Assembly (NCBI RefSeq): GCF_003945235.1
Contig: NZ_RSDW01000001.1
Location: 3,420,001 to 3,452,000 of the forward strand
From: Edaphobacter aggregans
GTDB lineage: Bacteria > Acidobacteriota > Terriglobia > Terriglobales > Acidobacteriaceae
Reading direction: 5' to 3'
Length of the DNA: 32,000 bases
A program made the position numbers and the translations under genes. Each line of letters begins with the position of its first letter. Within the stretch, counting starts at the first letter, position 1. Below are positions 15,956-24,053 of the stretch, piece by piece. Under the pieces are notes generated by a model. It was not told where the DNA came from. It searched no databases and was given only the letters and a program-made list of their open reading frames with translations.

Positions 15956-16342
15956 CGACTGCCTCCCAATGAAAGTTAAATTTCAGGTCAATAAAGGCCG
16001 CCCTGTCACCGCAACACGGTGAGGACAGCTCCGTTTAGTTTTTCTTTTTGTTCGTTTTTATTTTTGTGCGAGCAAATGCGCTGTCGACTAGCTTGCTTGT
16101 CTGGCAGACACACAATAACCATGGCTCCTCAGAAATTTCGCAAAGAAAACAGCAAAGTGCACGATCGATCGCAGTCTGAATTGCCTTAAAGAGAAACCCA
16201 ACTGCGAGAGCATTTAAACGCTTTAGCTCTTCATTTGTCAAGAACTGCGCATCGCAGAAGATACGGTTTCGCAGGATTTTCGATCAGTGGGCCGACCTGT
16301 CGCATCTGGCTGCCACATACCCTGCATTTGCTCTTGTCCGCT

Positions 16343-16369
16343 TACGTCAGAGAGCTAACCTCTGACGTA
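16343..16369 (-). terminator. Perfect 10-bp hairpin downstream of the CRTAC1-family gene
   Basis: TACGTCAGAG (16343-16352), loop AGCTAAC, then CTCTGACGTA (16360-16369). It lies 43 nt after the stop at 16412. There is no clear U-tract. Confidence 0.4.
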
Positions 16370-16411
16370 GGAGTAAGCTTGGTGTTCGACCTGCCAGCAG
16401 ATTAAATCACG

Positions 16412-18277
16412 TTAGCGGTTACGGGTTGGACCAATTTCCTTCGCGTCCACCACTCCGCGTCCCTCGAGCACAGCGTAGAACTGGTCTACTGCGAGCCCAC
16501 CCAACTTCTCGATCTTCCCCGAGGGCCAACGCACCTCCACCGAGTCGATCTTTGTCGCCTGTGCTAGCCCGAAGTGCAGACGCAAGTCATTCTGCGAGAG
16601 GTAGCTTCCACCGCTTCGCACCTCATCGGTCTGAGTCATACCTCCAGCCGTAACCGTCACTCGCGCGCCCAACGCCAGCCGATTGCTCTTCGTGCCCGCA
16701 AGCTCAAAACTCACCCAGTGCGCGCCTGCGACACCTTTATTGTGCAAAATCATCGGCGAGCCATCAACATCAGAGACCACGACATCCACATTGCCGTCGT
16801 TATCCAGATCCGCGATCGCCAGTCCGCGGCTTACACGTGGCTGCTGAAGCGCTTCTCCAGCCTGCTTACTGGCGTCACAGAAGAGACCATTGCGCTCATT
16901 CATGAAAAGGTTCTTCGGCTGGCGATACCGCGCGCCCGATGGAAGCGAGTCCACCTGCGGATATACCTGTCCGTTCACTGCAATCAGATCGGCCCAACCA
17001 TCGTTATCCAGATCCACAAACGCATCGCCCCACTTCACCCACGGAAGCGTTGCCAGCGCAACCCCGGCATCGTAGGAAACATCGCGGAAGTCATAGTTCC
17101 CGAGATTCTTGTAGAGCGCGTTCTCCTCGTCCGCGAAGTTCGTAACGTAGATGGAAAATTTTCCCGTGTGGTTGTAGTCGGCCACTGCGACGCCCATCGA
17201 ACCCTGCTCGGAGCCATCCGCGCTCACCGCAGTGCCGGATTCCAGACCAATCTCCGAAAATTTCCCGTTGCCCTCGTTCTTGTAAAGAAAGTTCGGCGTC
17301 GAGTCGTTGGCGACATAGATGTCAGGCCGACCCGTATTGTTGAAATCCGACCACACTACCCCGAGGCCGTAATAACCGTTCGGATCACTTACGCCCGCTG
17401 CCTTCGAAACATCTGTAAACGTTCCATCGCCGTTGTTGTGGTACAGAGCGTCACCCGCTCCTTTTAGTCCGCGCGGCCCACACTGGACATCGATCCCGCG
17501 ATACCTGCAGGTCGGCGTTTTGCCGAAGCCCGGCAGATCCGTCAATTTGAAATCGACGTAGTTGGTGACCATCAGGTCCACGAACCCGTCCCCGTCGTAG
17601 TCGCCGAAGGCCGCGCCAGTCGACCAGCGCCCATCGACCACGCCTGCCTTCTTTGTCACATCGGTGAATGTTCCGTCGCCGTTGTTGCGATAGAGGACGT
17701 TGCCCCCCAGACATGTCACGTATATGTCTGGGTAGCCGTCGTTGTTGTAGTCGCCGACTGCTCCGCCCATGGCGAAGCACGGTGTTGCCACGCCTGCCTT
17801 ATCCGTTACATCGGTGAAGGTGCCGTCGTGGTTGTTGTGATACAGCGCGCTGCGAGCCTTCTCGCCCTTTAACGCCATCTCAACCGTAGGTGCATTTGTG
17901 AAGTAGATGTCGGGCCAGCCGTCACGGTCGTAATCGAGGATCAGAACACCACCGCTCATCGACTCGACGATGTACTTCTTGTCGGGTGCAGAAAGATGAC
18001 GGAAGTGAATCCCTGACTTCTCCGTTACGTCCACCAACTCAGGGACCGCCCGGTTTTTGCACGTCTCCGATCTCGCGCCGGGAGGAGGAAGAGCGCTTGG
18101 ACTGTGAGCCTGTGCGCACAGACTAGCCACCAACGCGGTCTGCAGGCCCCAGGCCACAATTCCACGTCGACCGCTCCTGATAACGGAGCGCCTTCGAGTT
18201 TCAATAAAGTATGCCAAGTGCCGGGATAGGGGAAATAGACCAAACACCCCCTGCCGCCTCCAGACGATGCTGATCAT
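16412..18277 (-). CDS. CRTAC1-family protein (FG-GAP/VCBS repeats plus ASPIC/UnbV C-terminal domain)
   Basis: Repeated DxDGDGxxD-like calcium-binding/FG-GAP motifs are present (DYDRDGWPDIYFTN, GDYNNDGYPDIYVT, GDYDGDGFVDLMVTN, ADLDNDGNVDVVVSD). The tail is UnbV_ASPIC-like (RSGGSYLSQNDLRLHFGLAQATKIDSVEVRWPSGK). The start is uncertain: the ORF track gives TTG 18337, and I list ATG 18277. Confidence 0.85.
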   Translation of the reverse strand: MISIVWRRQGVFGLFPLSRHLAYFIETRRRSVIRSGRRGIVAWGLQTALVASLCAQAHSPSALPPPGARSETCKNRAVPELVDVTEKSGIHFRHLSAPDKKYIVESMSGGVLILDYDRDGWPDIYFTNAPTVEMALKGEKARSALYHNNHDGTFTDVTDKAGVATPCFAMGGAVGDYNNDGYPDIYVTCLGGNVLYRNNGDGTFTDVTKKAGVVDGRWSTGAAFGDYDGDGFVDLMVTNYVDFKLTDLPGFGKTPTCRYRGIDVQCGPRGLKGAGDALYHNNGDGTFTDVSKAAGVSDPNGYYGLGVVWSDFNNTGRPDIYVANDSTPNFLYKNEGNGKFSEIGLESGTAVSADGSEQGSMGVAVADYNHTGKFSIYVTNFADEENALYKNLGNYDFRDVSYDAGVALATLPWVKWGDAFVDLDNDGWADLIAVNGQVYPQVDSLPSGARYRQPKNLFMNERNGLFCDASKQAGEALQQPRVSRGLAIADLDNDGNVDVVVSDVDGSPMILHNKGVAGAHWVSFELAGTKSNRLALGARVTVTAGGMTQTDEVRSGGSYLSQNDLRLHFGLAQATKIDSVEVRWPSGKIEKLGGLAVDQFYAVLEGRGVVDAKEIGPTRNR

Positions 18278-18364
18278 TCTACTAAACCCAGTTTTGCTGT
18301 CTTTGCACGCACAGATCAGGATATGTCTCTTTAGCAACTATAGATTCGGTTGATTGCCAGTCCC

Positions 18365-19777
18365 CTACGTGATGATGAATGTGGTGACGCTCAACGGTGT
18401 CGTCGTCACCTCGATTTGTCCGTTGGTAGCCGCGATCGTAGGTAGCTTTGCGTGCGTCTCTGTATTTGATGTCCGCACTGCGGTGCAAGTCGTCGCGTTG
18501 AACCCACCGCACTGAATCGTCAGCGGGCGCTCTACCGCGTCGTCGTTGATTGCGACGCAGACCAGGCGCTTGCCCGTCGGATCGATGTAAGCCGAAAAAT
18601 ATGTGTTCGGCGCCGGCGTAGGGCTCGCATCCACCCTGTGAAACCCAGGGCGGATAAAACGTGAGAAGTGCCCGATTGTGAAGAATCGCTTCGATAGCTG
18701 ATACTTCTTGTTCGGCACATCGATCGCAATCAGCGAACTCCGTGACGTCGTCGTTGCTGCCCCCCACCAATATAGCCACGCACTTACGTCATCCTCAATC
18801 ATGTGTGTGTGCACCACGCGCGCCCAGTAGACGCCGTCGTTCATGTTCGTGATGTTGGCGTCGCCTGCGCTGACCTCGGTCTCCCAGATCGCCTTCTTCT
18901 TGTCTAGCGCTGTTGAGAACCGTCCCGTCCGCGCACTGATCGATACGTAAGGGGCAGACGTGGGCGCGTACGCATGTGCCGCCGCAATCTGAATCGCCTT
19001 GTCGCACACCGGATCAGCGAGAATTTCGTTGATCATATCGTCGCTCCAGTGTTCGTGCTCGTTAATGACGATCTTTGCGGAGACGCCCTTCGCTTCGAAC
19101 GTCGGGATCAGGTTCTGTCGCAGAAATTTTGCCATCTGCCCGCCGGTCCAACGGCACGACGCATACTTCTGCGTCGGCGTAAAATTCGGTTCGTTCGCAG
19201 GCGAGATCGCGTAGATATCGAGATCGTATCGCTTCTTGTACTCCAGCACGTACGTCGCGAGGTAGTCTGCGTATTGCTGATACATCGCTGGCTTCAACTC
19301 GCCAGCATAGCTGTCACCGTTGGACTTCATCCACGCCGGCGGCGACCACGCGCTGCTCATAAACCGCGCGCATCCACGTTTTTTCGCCTCATTCATCAGC
19401 CAGATCTGGTCTTCGTCGCCTGTCCAGTTGAACTCAGCCGACTTCGGCTCGATCGACGCCACTGTGCCGTCGGTTTTACCCGCCCCCTCTGGTCCATCGC
19501 CAATCTCATTGCGCAGGATCGAGTAGCCCATGCCGCCGTTCGGCGAAAACATCAGGTTCAACAGATTGTTCTGATCCTTCTCCTCCAGGAGACGAATCGT
19601 ACGCGCCGCGTGGAAGGCCTCCGAAAATCCGAACCCATCAATCAGCTGACGATAGTGGTCCGGCGTTGTCGCAATACCTGCCGCAGCCGGTTTTTCTGTC
19701 GCGTATAGCCCACCCGCATATCCTAATGCTGCCATTCCCGCACTTGTGCGCAGAAATGACCGTCGTGTCATTGCCAT
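18365..19777 (-). CDS. Glycoside hydrolase family 30-like enzyme, Tat signal
   Basis: Tat-type N-terminus (MTRRSFLRTSAGMAALGYAGG). GH30-like motifs are GFGFSEAF, SAWSPPAWMK, an acid/base region ISPANEPNF and a nucleophile region AIWETEVS. Three in-frame ATGs occur at 19792, 19777 and 19771. ATG 19777 has GAGG 5 nt upstream. Confidence 0.8.
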   Translation of the reverse strand: MAMTRRSFLRTSAGMAALGYAGGLYATEKPAAAGIATTPDHYRQLIDGFGFSEAFHAARTIRLLEEKDQNNLLNLMFSPNGGMGYSILRNEIGDGPEGAGKTDGTVASIEPKSAEFNWTGDEDQIWLMNEAKKRGCARFMSSAWSPPAWMKSNGDSYAGELKPAMYQQYADYLATYVLEYKKRYDLDIYAISPANEPNFTPTQKYASCRWTGGQMAKFLRQNLIPTFEAKGVSAKIVINEHEHWSDDMINEILADPVCDKAIQIAAAHAYAPTSAPYVSISARTGRFSTALDKKKAIWETEVSAGDANITNMNDGVYWARVVHTHMIEDDVSAWLYWWGAATTTSRSSLIAIDVPNKKYQLSKRFFTIGHFSRFIRPGFHRVDASPTPAPNTYFSAYIDPTGKRLVCVAINDDAVERPLTIQCGGFNATTCTAVRTSNTETHAKLPTIAATNGQIEVTTTPLSVTTFIIT

Positions 19778-20047
19778 TAAAACCTCACACATCTCTCTCG
19801 AAGGAGGAGTTCCACTTTATATTCTGCAATCGAAGAAAATCAACCCCACATTTACGCTATATTCTGAAACCATTTCTTATCAGGGCGAACTGCTCGCACT
19901 TCCACACCCTTCCATTGCATTCTAACTATTTTCTTCAATCACCAAAGGAATGGCACTTTCAGCCCCAACTCGGATACGCTGGTACACAGCGCCGGCCGGC
20001 CGGCTGATTTATTTAGACAATCTACGAACGCGAAGGTGATCGAAACG

Positions 20048-21526
20048 ATGTATTTCGGAATCGACTGCGGTACTCAGGGCACGAAGGCCCTGGTGATCGA
20101 TGAAAACGGAACCTCCCTCGGGCGTGGCTATGCTCCGCACGCGCTCATCGAACGTGAAACCGGTGCGCGCGAACAGCAGCCTGAGTGGTGGGTCGAGGCC
20201 CTCCGCACCTCTGTCTGTCAGGCCCTGGCGCAGTCGCCGAGCAAAGCCGTACAGGCGCTCGGCGTTTCGGGCCAGCAGCACGGCCTCGTGGTCCTTGATG
20301 AGCACCACAACGTTATCCGCCCTGCCAAACTCTGGAACGACACTGAAACAGCGCCCGAAAACCAGCAACTCGTCGAACTACTTGGCGGCAAACAAGCCTG
20401 CTTCGAGCGCTTCGGCATCGTACCGTTGACAGGCTATACCGTCTCCAAGCTGCTCTGGCTCAAGCGTCACGAACCCGAAAACTTTGCCCGTATCCGCCAC
20501 ATTCTCCTGCCGCACGAGTACCTCAACTTCTGGCTCACGGGCCGCATGTGCGCGGAGTACGGGGACGCCTCCGGCACTGCCTTCTTCGACATCCGCTCCC
20601 GTCGCTGGACCCGCGAGGTGCTCGATGCTATTGATGGGGGCACCGGTCAGCTCTTCGCCGCGCTTCCCCCTTTCATCACCGTGGACGAGCCCGTCGGCAC
20701 GCTGCGCCCCGAAGTAGCCGCAGAGTTCGGCCTTCCCCACTCCTGCATCGTCTCCGCCGGTGGTGGCGACAATATGATGGGCGCTATTGGTACAGGCAAT
20801 GTCCGCGAGGGTGTTGTCACCCTCAGCCTCGGCACTTCTTCCACCGTCTACTCCTTCCACGATCAGCCCGTGCTCGACCCCACCGGCAATGTTGCCCCGT
20901 TCTGCTCCTCCTCCGGGGGCTGGCTACCCCTCGTCTGCACCATGAACGCGACCAATGTCGTTACGCAGACGCTCAACACTCTCGGCAAAACCGTGCAGGA
21001 TATCGAAGCGGCACTCGCCGCCACTCCTCCCGGTGCCAATGGCCTCGTCTTTCTCCCCTTCCTTAACGGAGAGCGTACACCCGACCTCCCAAATGCTCGC
21101 GGAACGCTCACAGGTATCTCGGCTAATAACTTCACGCCCGAGAACCTCATCCGCGCCGCTATTGAAGGCGTCAGCTTCGGCATCCTCAATGGCCTCGACC
21201 TCATTCAGAGCGAAGCGCCGGTCGACCGTATGCTCGTTATCGGCGGAGGATCCCGTTCTGCCGCCTGGCGACAACTCCTCGCGGATGCCAGCGGTGCTAC
21301 CGTGGAGGTCCCACTCGAAGAAGAGGCTGGCTGCCTCGGCGCTGCCATTCAGGCCATCTATACCTACAGCCATGCCAACGGCCATCCAAAGAGCTTCGCC
21401 GAACTGGCCAGCCGTTGCGTCAAAGTCGAGGCCACCCGTACTGCCCACCCAAACACCGCTCTGCGCGCAGCCTACCGTCAAGCTCGCGATCAGTATCAGT
21501 CCAGTTTGAGGATTATTTATAACTAG
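20048..21526 (+). CDS. xylB: FGGY-family sugar kinase, most likely xylulokinase
   Basis: The N-terminus MYFGIDCGTQGTKALVIDENG is the FGGY phosphate-1 motif. The overall length and the motifs GVSGQQHGLV and GGGDNMMGAIGTG fit XylB-type kinases. ATG 20048 is preferred over GTG 20036 because GAAGG lies upstream. Confidence 0.8.
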   Translation: MYFGIDCGTQGTKALVIDENGTSLGRGYAPHALIERETGAREQQPEWWVEALRTSVCQALAQSPSKAVQALGVSGQQHGLVVLDEHHNVIRPAKLWNDTETAPENQQLVELLGGKQACFERFGIVPLTGYTVSKLLWLKRHEPENFARIRHILLPHEYLNFWLTGRMCAEYGDASGTAFFDIRSRRWTREVLDAIDGGTGQLFAALPPFITVDEPVGTLRPEVAAEFGLPHSCIVSAGGGDNMMGAIGTGNVREGVVTLSLGTSSTVYSFHDQPVLDPTGNVAPFCSSSGGWLPLVCTMNATNVVTQTLNTLGKTVQDIEAALAATPPGANGLVFLPFLNGERTPDLPNARGTLTGISANNFTPENLIRAAIEGVSFGILNGLDLIQSEAPVDRMLVIGGGSRSAAWRQLLADASGATVEVPLEEEAGCLGAAIQAIYTYSHANGHPKSFAELASRCVKVEATRTAHPNTALRAAYRQARDQYQSSLRIIYN

Positions 21527-21561
21527 AAATTTTATTGATTGGTGTAGCGACGCTAGAAATC

Positions 21562-22968
21562 CTATGCTTTAAGACCATACCTTTGAATCTTATAAAGTAG
21601 CGTTCGGTAGCTGATGTTCAGGACCTTGGCGGCTCTTCTTCGATTCCATCCCGAAGTAGACAATGCATCTTCGAGCATACGGATTTCTGCCTGATTCTTG
21701 ACTCCATTGACCACGTCTCTCATGTTGGCAGAAGCAGGTGGTTTCTTCTCTACTATAGGTTCCACAGGGACTACGGTATTGACTCGCGTCTTGGTCCGCA
21801 GGTCGTTGTATGCGGATTCCTCGTCCTGGAGGACAAGTGTGCGGGTGACAAAGTTACGCAACTCGCGAAGATTTCCAGGCCAGTGGTATTCCTGAGCTGC
21901 TTCCATAATTCGACTGGAGAAGGTAGAGGGTTGTTCAGGCCGGGACGCACCTCTGCGTATCAACTCTCGCATCAACAATGGGATCTCTTCACGGCGTTCG
22001 CGTAGCGGAGGAACGGTAATGGTTAGGGTGTTTAGACGATAGTAAAGATCTTCGCGGAAACGCTTTTCAGCCAGCGCATCCAACATGTTGATATTGGTGG
22101 CCGCGAGAACGCGTACATCAACTTGGGTGCTAACGCGCGCTCCAAGACGGCAGAAGGAGCCATCCTGCAGTACGTGAAGCAATTTGGCCTGCATCTGTGG
22201 GCTCATTTCACCAATTTCGTCCAGTAGCAGAGTTCCTTTATTGGCGAGTTCAAACTTGCCCGGCTTGGATTTCATTGCGCCGGTAAAAGCTCCCGCCTCG
22301 TAGCCAAATAGTTCACTTTCGAGAAGTTCTGTGGGTAGAGCGGCACAATTGACGTTGAGGAAACTTCTGTCCGCACTTGAGTGATACTTATGCAGCAGCA
22401 TGGCCACTATTTCCTTACCTACGCCGCTCTCACCCAGAATGAGTACTGGAATGTCGACGGGAGCGAGAAGGCGGACATCTTTGTAAAGTTGCATCATCGT
22501 GGGTGACGCTGCCAGGAAAAAGCGGTTATTGTCCAATTCTTCCAAATGGTTGGGAAGGTTCGTTGGGTTGTTTGCTTGCGGGGTTCCTACTGCTGTTGGC
22601 TCGACCTTGGGCCAGGAAGTCAGCTTCTCCAGGTCTTTCTGCAGCAGAGGCTTCGTCAGCACAGTTTTAATGCTCCATTTCGCGGCGTATTTCTCCCAGG
22701 ATGTGTCTCCAATTTCTGAGAGGATGCACAATTTCTCGCTGCTTAGATGTTGCAGAAGATCTGAGGCGAAGAGGCCATCCCGCGATTTACTCTTAACTGC
22801 GTCGAACAAGAGAAAATCTGCGACCACTCCTGTGTGCAATAACTGGAGAGCCTCGCGAGAGGAAGAAACGCACATGGATTTATGACCATTGGATCCCAGA
22901 GAAGTGTGAATCATGTTGCAGACATCGATGTCGTCGCTAATTGCTAAAATCTGCAATGCGTGCGTCAT
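21562..22968 (-). CDS. Sigma-54-dependent transcriptional activator (NtrC-family response regulator: REC + AAA+ + Fis-type HTH)
   Basis: Walker A GESGVGKE, the sigma-54 contact loop GAFTGA, a C-terminal HTH (RRRAAKVLNISYRTLLYKIQRYGL), and an N-terminal receiver with D12/D13, D56, S84 and K106 equivalents. The start is placed at ATG 22968 (MTHALQILAISDD) with GAGGTG upstream. The ORF track extends to 23109. Confidence 0.9.
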   Translation of the reverse strand: MTHALQILAISDDIDVCNMIHTSLGSNGHKSMCVSSSREALQLLHTGVVADFLLFDAVKSKSRDGLFASDLLQHLSSEKLCILSEIGDTSWEKYAAKWSIKTVLTKPLLQKDLEKLTSWPKVEPTAVGTPQANNPTNLPNHLEELDNNRFFLAASPTMMQLYKDVRLLAPVDIPVLILGESGVGKEIVAMLLHKYHSSADRSFLNVNCAALPTELLESELFGYEAGAFTGAMKSKPGKFELANKGTLLLDEIGEMSPQMQAKLLHVLQDGSFCRLGARVSTQVDVRVLAATNINMLDALAEKRFREDLYYRLNTLTITVPPLRERREEIPLLMRELIRRGASRPEQPSTFSSRIMEAAQEYHWPGNLRELRNFVTRTLVLQDEESAYNDLRTKTRVNTVVPVEPIVEKKPPASANMRDVVNGVKNQAEIRMLEDALSTSGWNRRRAAKVLNISYRTLLYKIQRYGLKA

Positions 22969-23860
22969 GTAACACACCTCAAGGCGGAATCGAATAGGTG
23001 GACCAGATGCTACAGAGAGCGAACTATACCAGCCGGGTCGTTTCCAACCTAGCATTTGTCTAACAGATCGATTATTTGTAAAGGGCCCGGAGAACCTTAT
23101 GATAAACACGACGCATCATCGTCGTTTGGCAGATGGCAAGTGCAAAAAATTGCAAAAAGAAAATCAATCCATATATTTACTTCAGGTCGTAATGATGGGT
23201 TGAGTTACCCGCTTTGGATTGCGCCAAGCATTAATGCCCACGAACGATCCCTGAAGTGCAGCGAATTTAACGCTATCCCCGGAAAGTGTCAACAAAAAAT
23301 TGCACACATGGGATGCAGTTAGTCTGCATGGATCGATTTAGCAGCCCTAAGTTATATTGAGTCACAGGATAGCTAATGACCGAGAGAGTTATTAATTTTT
23401 CACTGCGCGACGAAGATAAAAAGATAGTCATGGTTACTAACTGAAGTGTCGGTAACCTTTAAGTACCCTGTTCATTTTGAAGGCATCGAGCAATCGGACG
23501 GCACCATGAAATATCGCGTTGGTGGTCAAGAGGTTGAGGTTTATCGGTGTGTTCGAAAGCGATTTAAGTAGTTGCTGGCGTCCGGCGACAGACATCAAAC
23601 TTTTGCCCAAGCTCGATCTCGATCGTGACGTTTCGGTTGCTGCGGAGTGCCTTGATTGCTGGGAGTACCTCTGCTATAAACATAGCTTGCACGTCAGAAA
23701 CCAACAATAAGGTCTATTGGTAACCAATTAGTGTGATTGTGTCCCCCTAAATACGAATGTCAATCTGAAGTCGTGAGGGGTGAAACATTCCGCTCTTCCC
23801 ATTGACGCGGCTTATCAAAAAGCCGTAAATCGCTGCACAAACTTTGATCTTGTACGAACG

Positions 23861-24053
23861 TTGGGAATGAAAGGCGACTTGAGCAGCTCTCATGAAAGTT
23901 GCCAGGTAAAGACAAATCGTTCCCCTACATTGAGCGCCAATGCTGATTGATGGCACGCATTTCGTACGAGACATGTAGCGCTTCCCTTTTTTCCTTTTTG
24001 CTCTGCCTCTTATCCATGCACTTTTTGCACGTTTCAAGAGGTGATGTTCGTGT
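23861..24053 (+). promoter_or_regulatory. Conserved leader/upstream region, copy B (paralogous to minus-strand 10074..9881)
   Basis: It has the same ordered identical blocks as copy A, ending in the identical 18-mer AAGAGGTGATGTTCGTGT (24036-24053 = rc of 9880-9897). A non-conserved 51-nt segment of equal length in both copies separates the conserved blocks. Confidence 0.7.

Noticed and set aside
16035-16241. A 68-aa Cys-rich minus-strand ORF (MTNEELKRLNALAVGFLFK ... CCFLC ... CVC ... KIKTNKKKN) just upstream of the TonB-dependent receptor gene.
   Set aside because: It has a TTG start without a recognisable RBS. Its Lys-rich tail is just the translation of the A-rich tract. The composition is unlike neighbouring genes, and I recognise no family resemblance.
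23951-23966. TGGCACGCATTTCGTA, a perfect sigma-54 -24 element (TGGCACG) upstream of the Ig-repeat lipoprotein gene.
   Set aside because: The -12 position lacks the essential GC (it reads TCGT). The motif falls in the non-conserved 51-nt segment and has no counterpart in the paralogous leader. It also forms the 3' arm of the local hairpin (23934-23958).
23056-24037. Short ORFs in the long intergenic region: 23056..23322 (+), 23519..23710 (+), 23747..24037 (-), and a 38-aa minus-strand ORF I translated by hand (MFIAEVLPAIKALRSNRNVTIEIELGQKFDV...) antisense to 23519..23710.
   Set aside because: They have no RBS, no recognisable motifs, mutually overlapping frames and an AT-rich composition. 23747..24037 overlaps the conserved leader on the wrong strand. 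A pseudogene remnant cannot be excluded, but I cannot support one.
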